From Planctomycetota bacterium (lineage in GTDB: Bacteria; Planctomycetota; UBA8108; SXIK01): a DNA stretch of 64,000 nt. A program made the translations under genes and the position numbers. This document shows positions 55,830 through 64,000 of this stretch, in pieces; positions within the stretch are counted from its first letter, which is position 1, and every line of letters starts with the position of its first letter. Location: positions 7,072,001-7,136,000 of the forward strand of contig OZ244999.1 in the NCBI GenBank assembly GCA_965223265.1. The letters are read 5' to 3'. The notes beneath the pieces are model-generated. The model was not told the origin of the DNA. It saw only the letters and a list, made by a program, of their open reading frames with translations, and did no database searches.

Positions 55830-57446
55830 ATGAAATTCAGGAAAGCAGCCAGCGCCTCCCTCCTGCTCGCGGTGACGCTCTGCGCGATCTTCTTGGTTAC
55901 GCAGCGCGGCGGCGATCAAGGTGCTCAGAGCGTCGAGGAATCGTCAGATCGTGTCGTCTCGCGTCCCCTGCCAGCCGAGGCGCTCCTGGGTACGGACTCA
56001 AAGCCGATAGAGTTTTCGCAACCGCAGGCGGATCCACCTCCGGGAGATACTTCAGAAGCGACGCCTGAAGTCACCACGCTGGACGGTCGCGTCATCGATC
56101 CTCAAGGCGCCGCCGTCGGGGGCGCCCTGATCAAGCTCACGAGGCTGAGCGCCGGACCTGCTGGCGCGACGACCCGCAGCGACGATTCCGGCCAGTTTCA
56201 AGCTTCCCGCCTGACGCAAGGGACGTGGCGCGTCACGGCGTCGGCACAAGGCTATCGCCTGAGCGTCACGGAGGTCACCGTGCCGTCACTATCGGAGCTC
56301 GTGATCGAGCTTCAACGGGATGCGGGCTTCGTCGTCCAGGTCGTGGACGCTGCTGAGTTACCCGTAACCGGGGCTACTGTCGCTCTCCAGACGCGCAGCT
56401 ATCTGCAAAACGCACGACGGTCTGGCGTCACCAACGCTGACGGCGAGATAACGCTGGGCGGCTTCGCGACCGATGCTGACGATTGGCGCGGCGAGCTTCG
56501 CGTCACACACGCCGACTTTTTGCCGGTGCGGAGATTGTGCACCGCGTCCGACCTCGATGCCGCCACAGTCACGGTCCAAGTCGAGCGCGGCGTTTCTCTC
56601 CGCGGTCGCGTGTTGACCGCAGCAGGCGACGCTGCGCCAGGCGTCGAAGTCGTCGCCTCGATCGACGAAGGCGCGGACACCCAACGCCTGTACACGACGG
56701 CGGACGGCCTGTTTCACTTTCGGCGCTTACCCACGGGTTCGTGCCGGCTCAGTGTCGCCTCAGCGCGCTACGGCTGTGCCGTCGTCGACGCCGTAGACCT
56801 GCGGCGAGGGGGCGACCATCGTGACGACGGCCACAGTGCAGGATCACCCTCGGCTCCCGAATCCAGAACCGATGTCGAGATTCACCTCGAAGCTGGCACG
56901 GGCATCATCGCCGGCGCGATCAAGCGCACATCAGGTGCACCGGCGACGCTGTGCCGTGTCCGTATCGTGCCCCGAAAACCATCGCCGGATCAGCGACGCA
57001 GCATGGCAGCGCTGGCGCTTGAGGTTGCCACCGATGCCGATGGACTGTTTCGTTTCGAGGGGCTGGCGGCGGCCGAGTATAACGTCGAAGTCGGCGGTGC
57101 GCGTTACGTTCGCCTGCCGCGGCAAGTGGTACGAGCCGACAGCTCCGATCTTCTGTTTCACATCGACGAGCCTGGGACGATCTCCGGCCAGCTCTTGCTC
57201 CCCGGAGTCGAAGGAAAGACCCTCTCGCTTGTCGTCGAACGCCAGCTCGACGACACCGCGCCGACTGGAAGCGGCTACCGGCGCACCGTGCAGCTCTCGG
57301 CGAATCGCCCTCGATTCAAGCTCGCACGCCTGCCGAGCGGAGTCTACGACATCACTCTCTTAGCCGACGGTCGCGAGGTCGCCAAGAAGCTCGACGTACA
57401 TGTCGGGCCCGGAGCGACGACGACAACTGTGGTCGAGCGCCACTAA
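55830..57446 (+). CDS. Membrane-anchored protein with carboxypeptidase-regulatory-like beta-sandwich repeats
   Basis: Repeats GRVIDPQGAAVGGA, SDDSGQF, TNADGE, TADGLF, TDADGLFRF, LPSGVY. Confidence 0.8.
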   Translation: MKFRKAASASLLLAVTLCAIFLVTQRGGDQGAQSVEESSDRVVSRPLPAEALLGTDSKPIEFSQPQADPPPGDTSEATPEVTTLDGRVIDPQGAAVGGALIKLTRLSAGPAGATTRSDDSGQFQASRLTQGTWRVTASAQGYRLSVTEVTVPSLSELVIELQRDAGFVVQVVDAAELPVTGATVALQTRSYLQNARRSGVTNADGEITLGGFATDADDWRGELRVTHADFLPVRRLCTASDLDAATVTVQVERGVSLRGRVLTAAGDAAPGVEVVASIDEGADTQRLYTTADGLFHFRRLPTGSCRLSVASARYGCAVVDAVDLRRGGDHRDDGHSAGSPSAPESRTDVEIHLEAGTGIIAGAIKRTSGAPATLCRVRIVPRKPSPDQRRSMAALALEVATDADGLFRFEGLAAAEYNVEVGGARYVRLPRQVVRADSSDLLFHIDEPGTISGQLLLPGVEGKTLSLVVERQLDDTAPTGSGYRRTVQLSANRPRFKLARLPSGVYDITLLADGREVAKKLDVHVGPGATTTTVVERH

Positions 57447-57554
57447 CAACCCGGCGCCGTCGACCCCCGTCCTGTCCGAGCCTTAGCGCGGTCCGGACTC
57501 CTTTCGTCTGCGCCGGCGTTCACCGGTCCTTGCGGGCGTTGGGGCGGCCAGGGA

Positions 57555-59042
57555 CTACTCGAGCGGCACGTTGATGCCGATGAAAACCGACGCGCCGGCG
57601 CGCTCGGGAATGTCGTTGCCATCGACCTCGGTGAACTCCGGGCTCATGCTGGCGGCGATTTCGATGTGAACCGTGGCGATACGAAATCCAACGCCGCCGT
57701 GAATCGACAGGCTTTCGTCCGACTCCGATAGATTCTTGGAGACACCGCCGCGCAGCATCACGGCATCGAAGAGGGCATACTCAAGTCCACCGCCAATCGT
57801 ACGGGTCTCGTAGCCGAGGAGCGACTCGGAGTTATTCTCGAGCACGTCGACGTCGACGGCGAGGGTCAGGCCGGTTTCCGGAATGCGAAGTGCAGCCCCA
57901 GCTCGAATCTGCGGCTCAAGAACGTATTTCCCCGGTCCATCGAAGTCGAACTCAGGTCGGTTGAGATTGCGACCGACGACCCCGAAGGACAACCATTCAA
58001 CGGGCTGAACAAGCACGCCCACATCGATACCAAAATTCAGCGACTCCTCCATATTCTCGGAATCGAAGAGGTCTTCCGCTAGATCAGCAGAGTCTTCGAT
58101 CGTGCTCAACGTGAACGGCTCGAAGAACGTGCTACCGTACATGAGCTTTGCCGTCGCGCCGACGCTGATCAGTTCGAGAAACGGGTAAGCGAACGAGACT
58201 CCGTACTCCTGCACGAGGATCCCGCGCAGATCCACACCACTTCCGTTCTGGCTGAAGAAGCTATCGGTGTCGCCGCCGATGTTGTCTTGTGTACTCTGCA
58301 GAATGTTTTGGATGTTCTGCTGTACCGCGGGGTCAGCGACCCCAACTCCTGCCTGTTCGGCCTGGAAGACGATCTCTTCGGCTTGGTTCTGCGTCGCGAG
58401 GCCGGCGGAAGCAAGGGAATCCGCAAACGCTTGGCCTTCGGGTGTCAGCGCACCAGTGCGGTCGTTGCCCGCGCCGATCACGCCAGCAATCCCCTCATCG
58501 CCGAGGGCGATGTTTTGGAGGTCAAGATTCGTCACGCCGCCCGCAGACGCCAGGGCGAGCGCCGAAAAGCCGAAGTACTTCACTCTCGCGGCCAGCGCGA
58601 CGCTCGCGTTCGATACCAAACCGACGCCGTCGGCGTCGAGTTGCGGCAACTCTTCCGCGAGAATGCGAATTGCGTCCTGCAGCTCCTGGTCATTGAGGAG
58701 CTGTGCAGGATCGTCCAGACGATTCTCCAGATCACCAAAGTCACCAAGGTTATCCACGAGCTCGGAGATGTCGTCAACGTTGTCAAGCACATCACCGATG
58801 GCGCCGGCGTTCACCGACACCGGAAGCGCCAAATCCCAAAAGCTGTCGACCCGTGGCGCCTTCGGGGGCGCGAGTCCAGCAGGGTTCCAATAAAAACTGA
58901 GAGCACCTCGCGTCGAAGCGACACCTGCACCGCCCATTCCCATCTGGCGCGAACCTAGCGTTGCCCACTCTTCGCCGCGGATCGTGTTTCCCATCGAGGA
59001 CGCGATGAGTAGGATCGACAGGACGCGAACTGACAGCTTCAT
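57555..59042 (-). CDS. TraF_2/FadL/PorV-like outer-membrane beta-barrel protein
   Basis: Signal peptide; GSRQMGMGGAGVA...YWNPAGL plug motif; C-terminal amphipathic strands (GIDVGVL, GRNLNRPEF, PQIRAG). Confidence 0.75.
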   Translation of the reverse strand: MKLSVRVLSILLIASSMGNTIRGEEWATLGSRQMGMGGAGVASTRGALSFYWNPAGLAPPKAPRVDSFWDLALPVSVNAGAIGDVLDNVDDISELVDNLGDFGDLENRLDDPAQLLNDQELQDAIRILAEELPQLDADGVGLVSNASVALAARVKYFGFSALALASAGGVTNLDLQNIALGDEGIAGVIGAGNDRTGALTPEGQAFADSLASAGLATQNQAEEIVFQAEQAGVGVADPAVQQNIQNILQSTQDNIGGDTDSFFSQNGSGVDLRGILVQEYGVSFAYPFLELISVGATAKLMYGSTFFEPFTLSTIEDSADLAEDLFDSENMEESLNFGIDVGVLVQPVEWLSFGVVGRNLNRPEFDFDGPGKYVLEPQIRAGAALRIPETGLTLAVDVDVLENNSESLLGYETRTIGGGLEYALFDAVMLRGGVSKNLSESDESLSIHGGVGFRIATVHIEIAASMSPEFTEVDGNDIPERAGASVFIGINVPLE

Positions 59043-59356
59043 GGCTTTCCCTGTTCGTGTTTGCGTGGCGTGGCGGCGCAACATGAGCCCGCCGCACGCG
59101 CTTTCGTCGTGACGGAGGCAGGAGCGCTGAGCCTCGGGCTACGTCTTTTCGGGTCGATAACGTTCTGAGTCGGTCGCCCGTGAGCGACCTGCCCGTCCGA
59201 CTCCCGTGAATGGGCAGCCCCCCGGACGCTTCAACGCCAGAGGCCGCACCAACACTACGACACCGTCGTTTCGACACAAACGGCCCGAACCTTGAACGTA
59301 CGGCGCCGCCGCTGGGCAGAGGAAGCATGTCGAGAGATCGGGTGTTTCACGCCTAA

Positions 59357-59534
59357 CAGCCCGTTGAAAAAGTCATTCGGCCGAAGAAACTGGCCTCTTC
59401 ACGCCCAGACGGGCCGCGTCAATACTCGCCATCAGAATCGAAAGAAGAGGGCCCGAAGATGGCCTCCGTTTGCCGCAGCCGATCTGGACGCGAAGAGACC
59501 AGTTTTCGGCTCGAAGCACTTTTTCAACAGGCTG
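59357..59534 (+). mobile_element. MITE, best-preserved copy (178 bp foldback)
   Basis: 17-bp TIR CAGCC(C/T)GTTGAAAAAGT, imperfect inverted arms of about 60 nt, CTAA direct repeats at 59353-59356 and 59535-59538. Confidence 0.9.
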
Positions 59535-59778
59535 CTAATCGACCGCACTCGCGCTTGCGACAGCTTCCGAATGGCGAGCAGTAGCCGGTCCCGAGGCAAA
59601 TGACTCCACTTTGAGCTCGAAGTACGCCGACCCAGCGCGCGCCGTAACGAAGAACGCGAACAGCAATTGGTTGTCAGATGCGCCACCTCGTGCAATCATC
59701 ACGGCTCAGAGCCCTCTCGGGTTGGCGGCGGGCGAACGCTGGCCGGGACCACCCGACGACAACCCTGCGCCTGGGAAC

Positions 59779-59820
59779 AGCGACGATCAGAGCGACAATC
59801 AGAGTGGCGATCAGAGCGGC
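59779..59820. repeat. 12-nt degenerate tandem repeat (AGCGACGATCAG-like, about 3.5 units)
   Basis: agcgacgatcag agcgacaatcag agtggcgatcag agcggc. Confidence 0.7.
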
Positions 59821-59920
59821 AAGCGACACCGCGAATCGACTTCGACGTCACCGGACCGACGGTCGGGAATAGCTCGACACTCATGCAGAGTCGTGCATTC
59901 TGCGCAAGGAGATGCAGCCT

Positions 59921-61141
59921 ATGAAGATCGCGACGTCGAGAATCCTCACCTTGTGCCTGCTGACGCTGGCGCTTGCAAGCATGGGCAGCAGCTCGTGCCA
60001 CTACCATAGCGACGACGACCACCACTGCCGCGATGATGATCATTTCGACGATGACGACTGCGTCCACATCCACACAACGCGGCGGCTAGAGACAGGTGAA
60101 GTTGTCGTTACGATTACCGATGCTCCGACAGCAGACTTGCTCGATTTCCGAGTCACGGTTCGAGAAATCGAACTCGTCGGCACCGAGATCGCTCCCGAGC
60201 GCCTTGATCCGCCGACCGACGGACACCGCGTGGAACTCCTTTCGCTGAGCGCGGACTCCCATGGGGAGAAGCTGCACGAGATCCTGGCACTATCGCGTCA
60301 CGTGCGCATCGGCGTCTACGAGGGCATTCGACTGAAACTGGTAGAACCTGTCGCCAGAACGCGGACCGCGTTTCCCAAACCCGCGGCGATACCTTTTGTC
60401 ACCGATGACGAAGTCCTCGAAGTCTCCTTCGCAGAGCCGCTCGCCATAGCGCCAGACGAGCTCACGCGGTTAGTCATCGACGTCGACCTGGAACAATCGG
60501 AGTTCGACGTCGCTGCAACTCGCTTCGCTCCCGGAGGACGCCGCTTCCGGCCACATATCACGGTTTCGGTGCATGACTCTGTAGACGATACCGCACACGT
60601 GCTTGCGGATGTCGCTGGCAGCATCGTCTCGATCGACCACACTGCGATGCTCTTGCGTGTCAACCTGCACGCCGGCAAAGGAGAGATCACGGTTCGCACG
60701 GATGATACGACGCGCTTCGCCGCAGCGCAGCGACAGCTTGGCGACCTCAGCGGGTTAACCAGAGGAGAGGATGTCACTCTGGCGGGCATCCTCAATCGAT
60801 TTGGTGAGTTGGAAGCCAGTGCGGTTTTCGCTTCGGGGACCGCGAGACGCTGGATCGGGCGTGTCACGGAAGCGAATCTTGACGGCACGTTCATGGTTGA
60901 GGCTTTGGCTGAAGGCCGGCTGACCCACATGCGCATTGCGCCAGATGCGTCGACGATTCTGCGGCAGCGTTCTCGCATGGCCGGAACCGGCGACATCGCG
61001 CTTGGCGACCGGCTCCACATGATCACGCTCTCCGAGCCAGCGACTGAGATCGACTTGATCGTCCCAGCGTTCGTGGATATCGGCAGCCGACCGAGGCTCC
61101 AGACCATTGACTCCATTCGACCGGGTGTCTTGACCCGTTGA
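59921..61141 (+). CDS. Exported (probably lipo)protein with His/Asp-rich N-terminus, DUF4382-like domain and DUF5666-like repeats
   Basis: Signal ending SSSC; HYHSDDDHHCRDDDHFDDDDC; VTITDAP, GVYEGIRL, LVIDVDLEQS; TDDTTRF and LTRGEDV type repeats. Confidence 0.65.
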   Translation: MKIATSRILTLCLLTLALASMGSSSCHYHSDDDHHCRDDDHFDDDDCVHIHTTRRLETGEVVVTITDAPTADLLDFRVTVREIELVGTEIAPERLDPPTDGHRVELLSLSADSHGEKLHEILALSRHVRIGVYEGIRLKLVEPVARTRTAFPKPAAIPFVTDDEVLEVSFAEPLAIAPDELTRLVIDVDLEQSEFDVAATRFAPGGRRFRPHITVSVHDSVDDTAHVLADVAGSIVSIDHTAMLLRVNLHAGKGEITVRTDDTTRFAAAQRQLGDLSGLTRGEDVTLAGILNRFGELEASAVFASGTARRWIGRVTEANLDGTFMVEALAEGRLTHMRIAPDASTILRQRSRMAGTGDIALGDRLHMITLSEPATEIDLIVPAFVDIGSRPRLQTIDSIRPGVLTR

Positions 61142-61216
61142 CTTGGCAACCGCGGTGCGACGCACCATGGACGCACTCGGTCGACCACCACCGCCTGGGA
61201 GGTTCGAGCTCTGACC

Positions 61217-62560
61217 GTGCGACGACTCTACGCCGCATGCGGACGTCCAGTGGACATCGCTTGGCTCGTGGCGATCCGCATCTGTTTCGGGGTGGCGCTC
61301 TTCACCAACACGGCTCGCTACTGTGCCAAGGAGCTCCTGGGATCGTCGTACACCGGTGACGCGTTTCAGTTTACCTACCTGGGTTTCGGCTGGATCTCCC
61401 CATGGCCGGGCGTGGGAATGGCGGTTCACTTTGGCGTCCTGGCCGTGCTGGCACTAGCCATCGCCGTTGGATTCCTCTACCGCCTGGCAGCAGCTCTGTT
61501 TTGTGCCGGTTTCACGTACGTTTTCCTTCTCGATAAGGCCACCTATCTGAACCACTTCTATCTGATCTGCTTGCTCGCCTTCTTACTCGCTCTTTTCTTG
61601 CCGGCGCACCGCGCGCTCTCGTTCGATGCGTGGAGCCGCCGCACGATCTACACGCCAACCGTTGACGTATGGACGCTATGGCTCCTCCGGTTTCAGGTCG
61701 GTTTGGTCTACTTCTACGCAGGCATAGCGAAACTTAATGGCGACTGGCTGGCTGGCGAACCGATTCGCTCCTGGCTCGGATCTCGTCAAGACGCCCCGCT
61801 TGTCGGCGGGCTCGTCGATCAGGAGTGGTTCGTCGATTTCGTCGCCTTCGGCGGTGTGGCATTCGATCTCCTCGCGGCACCACTCCTCTTATGGAAACGC
61901 ACGCGGCCTTGGATGTTTCTGTGCACCGTCTTCTTCCATCTCACCAATGCGCTCATCTTCGATATCGGTGTGTTCCCATGGCTCATGCTCGGCATGACGA
62001 CCGTATTCTTTGCGCCCGATTGGCCGCGCCAACTACTGCGTCGAGCATCCCCGGAGGTCCCGAAAGCTGCGGCCATCGAGGAGCTCGCAAGCGCTCGGCA
62101 GAGCAGGCCGAATCGTCTTCTGCTAGCAGGCGCGGTCTTATACGCGGTCCTCCAGGTGTTGGTGCCACTGCGGCACCACCTCTATCCAGGTGACGTCGCC
62201 TGGACCGAAGAAGGACATCGGTTCAGCTGGCGGATGAAGCTCCGCGACAAGGAAGGGAAAATCTGGTTTGTAGCGAACGACCGAAAAGAGGGTAAGTCGT
62301 GGACGCTGCCGATAGACCATCTGCTCACAGAGCGGCAGAAACGAAAGATGGCGGGCGTTCCGGACATGATTTTACAGCTCGCCCACCAACTGGCGGCTGA
62401 CCTCCGAAGGCAAGGCAAGCAGGACGTGGCGGTTTACGCGCACGCCTTCGCGTCACTCAACGGGCGTCCGTACCAGCGCCTCGTCGATCCGAACGTCGAC
62501 CTCTCGTCCGTGCCCCGAGACCTATGGCCGGCGCTGTGGATCGTGCCCCTCGAAGACTAG
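61217..62560 (+). CDS. HTTM-domain vitamin K-dependent gamma-carboxylase homologue
   Basis: PVDIAWLVAIRICFG, DKATYLNHFYL, VYFYAGIAKLNGDWL, FDIGVFPW, WTEEGHRFSWRMKL, SLNGRPYQRLVDPNVDL. Confidence 0.9.
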   Translation: MRRLYAACGRPVDIAWLVAIRICFGVALFTNTARYCAKELLGSSYTGDAFQFTYLGFGWISPWPGVGMAVHFGVLAVLALAIAVGFLYRLAAALFCAGFTYVFLLDKATYLNHFYLICLLAFLLALFLPAHRALSFDAWSRRTIYTPTVDVWTLWLLRFQVGLVYFYAGIAKLNGDWLAGEPIRSWLGSRQDAPLVGGLVDQEWFVDFVAFGGVAFDLLAAPLLLWKRTRPWMFLCTVFFHLTNALIFDIGVFPWLMLGMTTVFFAPDWPRQLLRRASPEVPKAAAIEELASARQSRPNRLLLAGAVLYAVLQVLVPLRHHLYPGDVAWTEEGHRFSWRMKLRDKEGKIWFVANDRKEGKSWTLPIDHLLTERQKRKMAGVPDMILQLAHQLAADLRRQGKQDVAVYAHAFASLNGRPYQRLVDPNVDLSSVPRDLWPALWIVPLED

Positions 62561-62613
62561 CGCTCGGCCGTTTCGCGGCCAGCGGGCGTTGCGAACGTCG
62601 AAAGTTCTGAAGC

Positions 62614-63894
62614 TCAATTCGGAAAGGACATGGCGAGACTGTCGTCGGCATCGAAAGTGATCGACTCCGGCTCCGTCAATCTCTCGCAGTCGCCGTTCAA
62701 TCCCGGCAGGCACGCTTCAGAAACAAAGACGTGCTCAAGCTCTAAGGTGTCGTGAACGTACGCGATGAGCGGCCCTTCCTGACGGCGTGGACACGACTTC
62801 AGCGCCATCACGATCGCGTCGCGGTCACTGTCCATGATGAGCGGCAACCGCGAATTCGCCGGCGAGCATGCGGTAATGGCGTTCAGCTGGGTAACCTTGT
62901 GGTCAACTTTGGCTGCGAAACGCTGCGTCGCGAAATCGATCATCCCCATGCCGACTCCGTTACCGTCGCTCTCGTCGGAGAGGTCACGGACGAAGATGCG
63001 ATAGATGCTCGGCATGTAGTCACACCAGGGCACGCCCTGCTTGTAGCCGTAGACACTACGTCCGGTGATGTTGGTGTCCAGACCAGCACCGGAAATATTC
63101 TTCCCCATGCGGTTGCAAATCAACAGATCCAGTTCCTTGGTTGGCAGAGACGGCATGAGCGCGAAGGCCTCCTTCAACAACTCAGCCTCCTGATCCATGA
63201 ACCCGTCCATCGTCACACCAGCGAGTCTGGCCGTCTCGTGGTATCCATTTTCAAGGATGCCGAGTCCACCAAGAATCTTTCCAGTCTCGTAGATTGCCGT
63301 CGACGCCGACGTAATCGCCGCGCCGAGGCCGATGTCGAAGATATGGGAATGGTACTCCTGTGCTCCATCTAACTTACCGAGCCCGATCGCACAGATTTTC
63401 GTCAGGCCGCTCTCGATTTTTCCTTTGAAATCGGTGTGAGGCTTGATGCGATTCATCAAGAGGACACCGTCGGAGTTCCATGCCGACTCGGCGACGTAAG
63501 GAATCACCCCTTCAGGCGTCGGATCTAGGCTGCGAGTCTTCATCTCATGCCGGATCGGAGCCCCCATGGCCGCCTCAGTGACGCCATAGTGGGCGATGAG
63601 CTGCCGCTGCGCTTCGCCGCGCGCGCCGCCGTGACTTCCCATCGCTGGAATGATAAATGGTCGCGCACCTCGCTGCTTTAGATCGTCGACGACCGCGCGC
63701 GTGATCTTATCGATGTTCGTGATGCCCCGACTACCAACCGTGATGCCGATCTCCGCGCCACTGCGAAGGCTCCCTGACGGAAAGACCCGATCCAACTCCT
63801 GGTGAACAGCGGCTGGAATGTCGTCGACTCGCGGCCGCGGAAACTTCTGTCGCACAAGGGACATCTTCGGAAGAGACTCACTCGGTGCTGCCAC
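62614..63894 (-). CDS. LarA-like N-terminal domain (DUF2088/DUF362-type) protein
   Basis: GITVGSRGI, PFIIPAMGSHGGA, NRIKPHTDF, ESGLTKICAIGLGK, GKNISGAGLDTN. GTG start chosen from an AGGAG RBS. Confidence 0.75.
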   Translation of the reverse strand: MAAPSESLPKMSLVRQKFPRPRVDDIPAAVHQELDRVFPSGSLRSGAEIGITVGSRGITNIDKITRAVVDDLKQRGARPFIIPAMGSHGGARGEAQRQLIAHYGVTEAAMGAPIRHEMKTRSLDPTPEGVIPYVAESAWNSDGVLLMNRIKPHTDFKGKIESGLTKICAIGLGKLDGAQEYHSHIFDIGLGAAITSASTAIYETGKILGGLGILENGYHETARLAGVTMDGFMDQEAELLKEAFALMPSLPTKELDLLICNRMGKNISGAGLDTNITGRSVYGYKQGVPWCDYMPSIYRIFVRDLSDESDGNGVGMGMIDFATQRFAAKVDHKVTQLNAITACSPANSRLPLIMDSDRDAIVMALKSCPRRQEGPLIAYVHDTLELEHVFVSEACLPGLNGDCERLTEPESITFDADDSLAMSFPN

Positions 63895-64000
63895 ATTCAC
63901 TCCTGAACTCAAACGGTCATTCGGACTCGACAGCATCGCTGCCGATCGCACGATATTCGCCACCATTCTCCTCAGCGAGCCTCTTGAGAAAGCTCGCGGC

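Noticed and set aside
57555-59042. Conjugative element implied by the TraF-like gene
   Set aside because: No relaxase, VirB4, coupling protein or integrase in the window.
61139-61217. Stop-codon readthrough fusing the DUF4382-like gene to the carboxylase (same frame, single TGA)
   Set aside because: The downstream gene has its own GGAGG; 25 open codons in GC-rich DNA are expected by chance.
1-64000. Numerous long antisense and alternate-frame ORFs (e.g. 6082-7350, 49916-51133)
   Set aside because: They overlap well-supported genes and show the composition of high-GC shadow ORFs.

Overview
High-GC bacterial chromosomal window. The gene content (DUF1501, sulfatase, PQQ-like propeller, prenyltransferase-repeat proteins, M56/BlaI pair) suggests Planctomycetota; this is an inference. 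In order: a 5'-truncated D-2-hydroxyacid dehydrogenase; a BlaI/M56 pair with two palindromic operators; two exported QW-repeat barrel proteins; a conserved hypothetical and two GNATs; sulfatase; Uma2 nuclease; DUF1501; a PsrA-like TetR plus a tripartite RND efflux operon; a minus-strand type II secretion cluster (E-F-G-H-I-J-K-L-M-C-D); a PQQ-like propeller; a Tm-1-like/PEP-hydrolase pair; uvrC; a stand-alone MshEN protein; mutS; an FHA-Ser/Thr kinase; YyaL; 2-oxoacid dehydrogenase E1 alpha/beta; surface proteins; a TraF_2/FadL-like barrel; a vitamin K-dependent carboxylase homologue; and a LarA-like protein. Two observations stand out. (1) The kinase domain is split between its catalytic loop and DFG motif by an in-frame ~505-aa degenerate STAND/AAA_16 NTPase-TPR module. 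(2) A foldback MITE family with IS5/IS1182-like ends and YTAA target sites occurs as four copies plus one solo end; one copy is internally inverted and one sits on the gspF stop codon. No rRNA, tRNA or CRISPR array was recognised. All calls come from motif recognition by eye; no database search was run.
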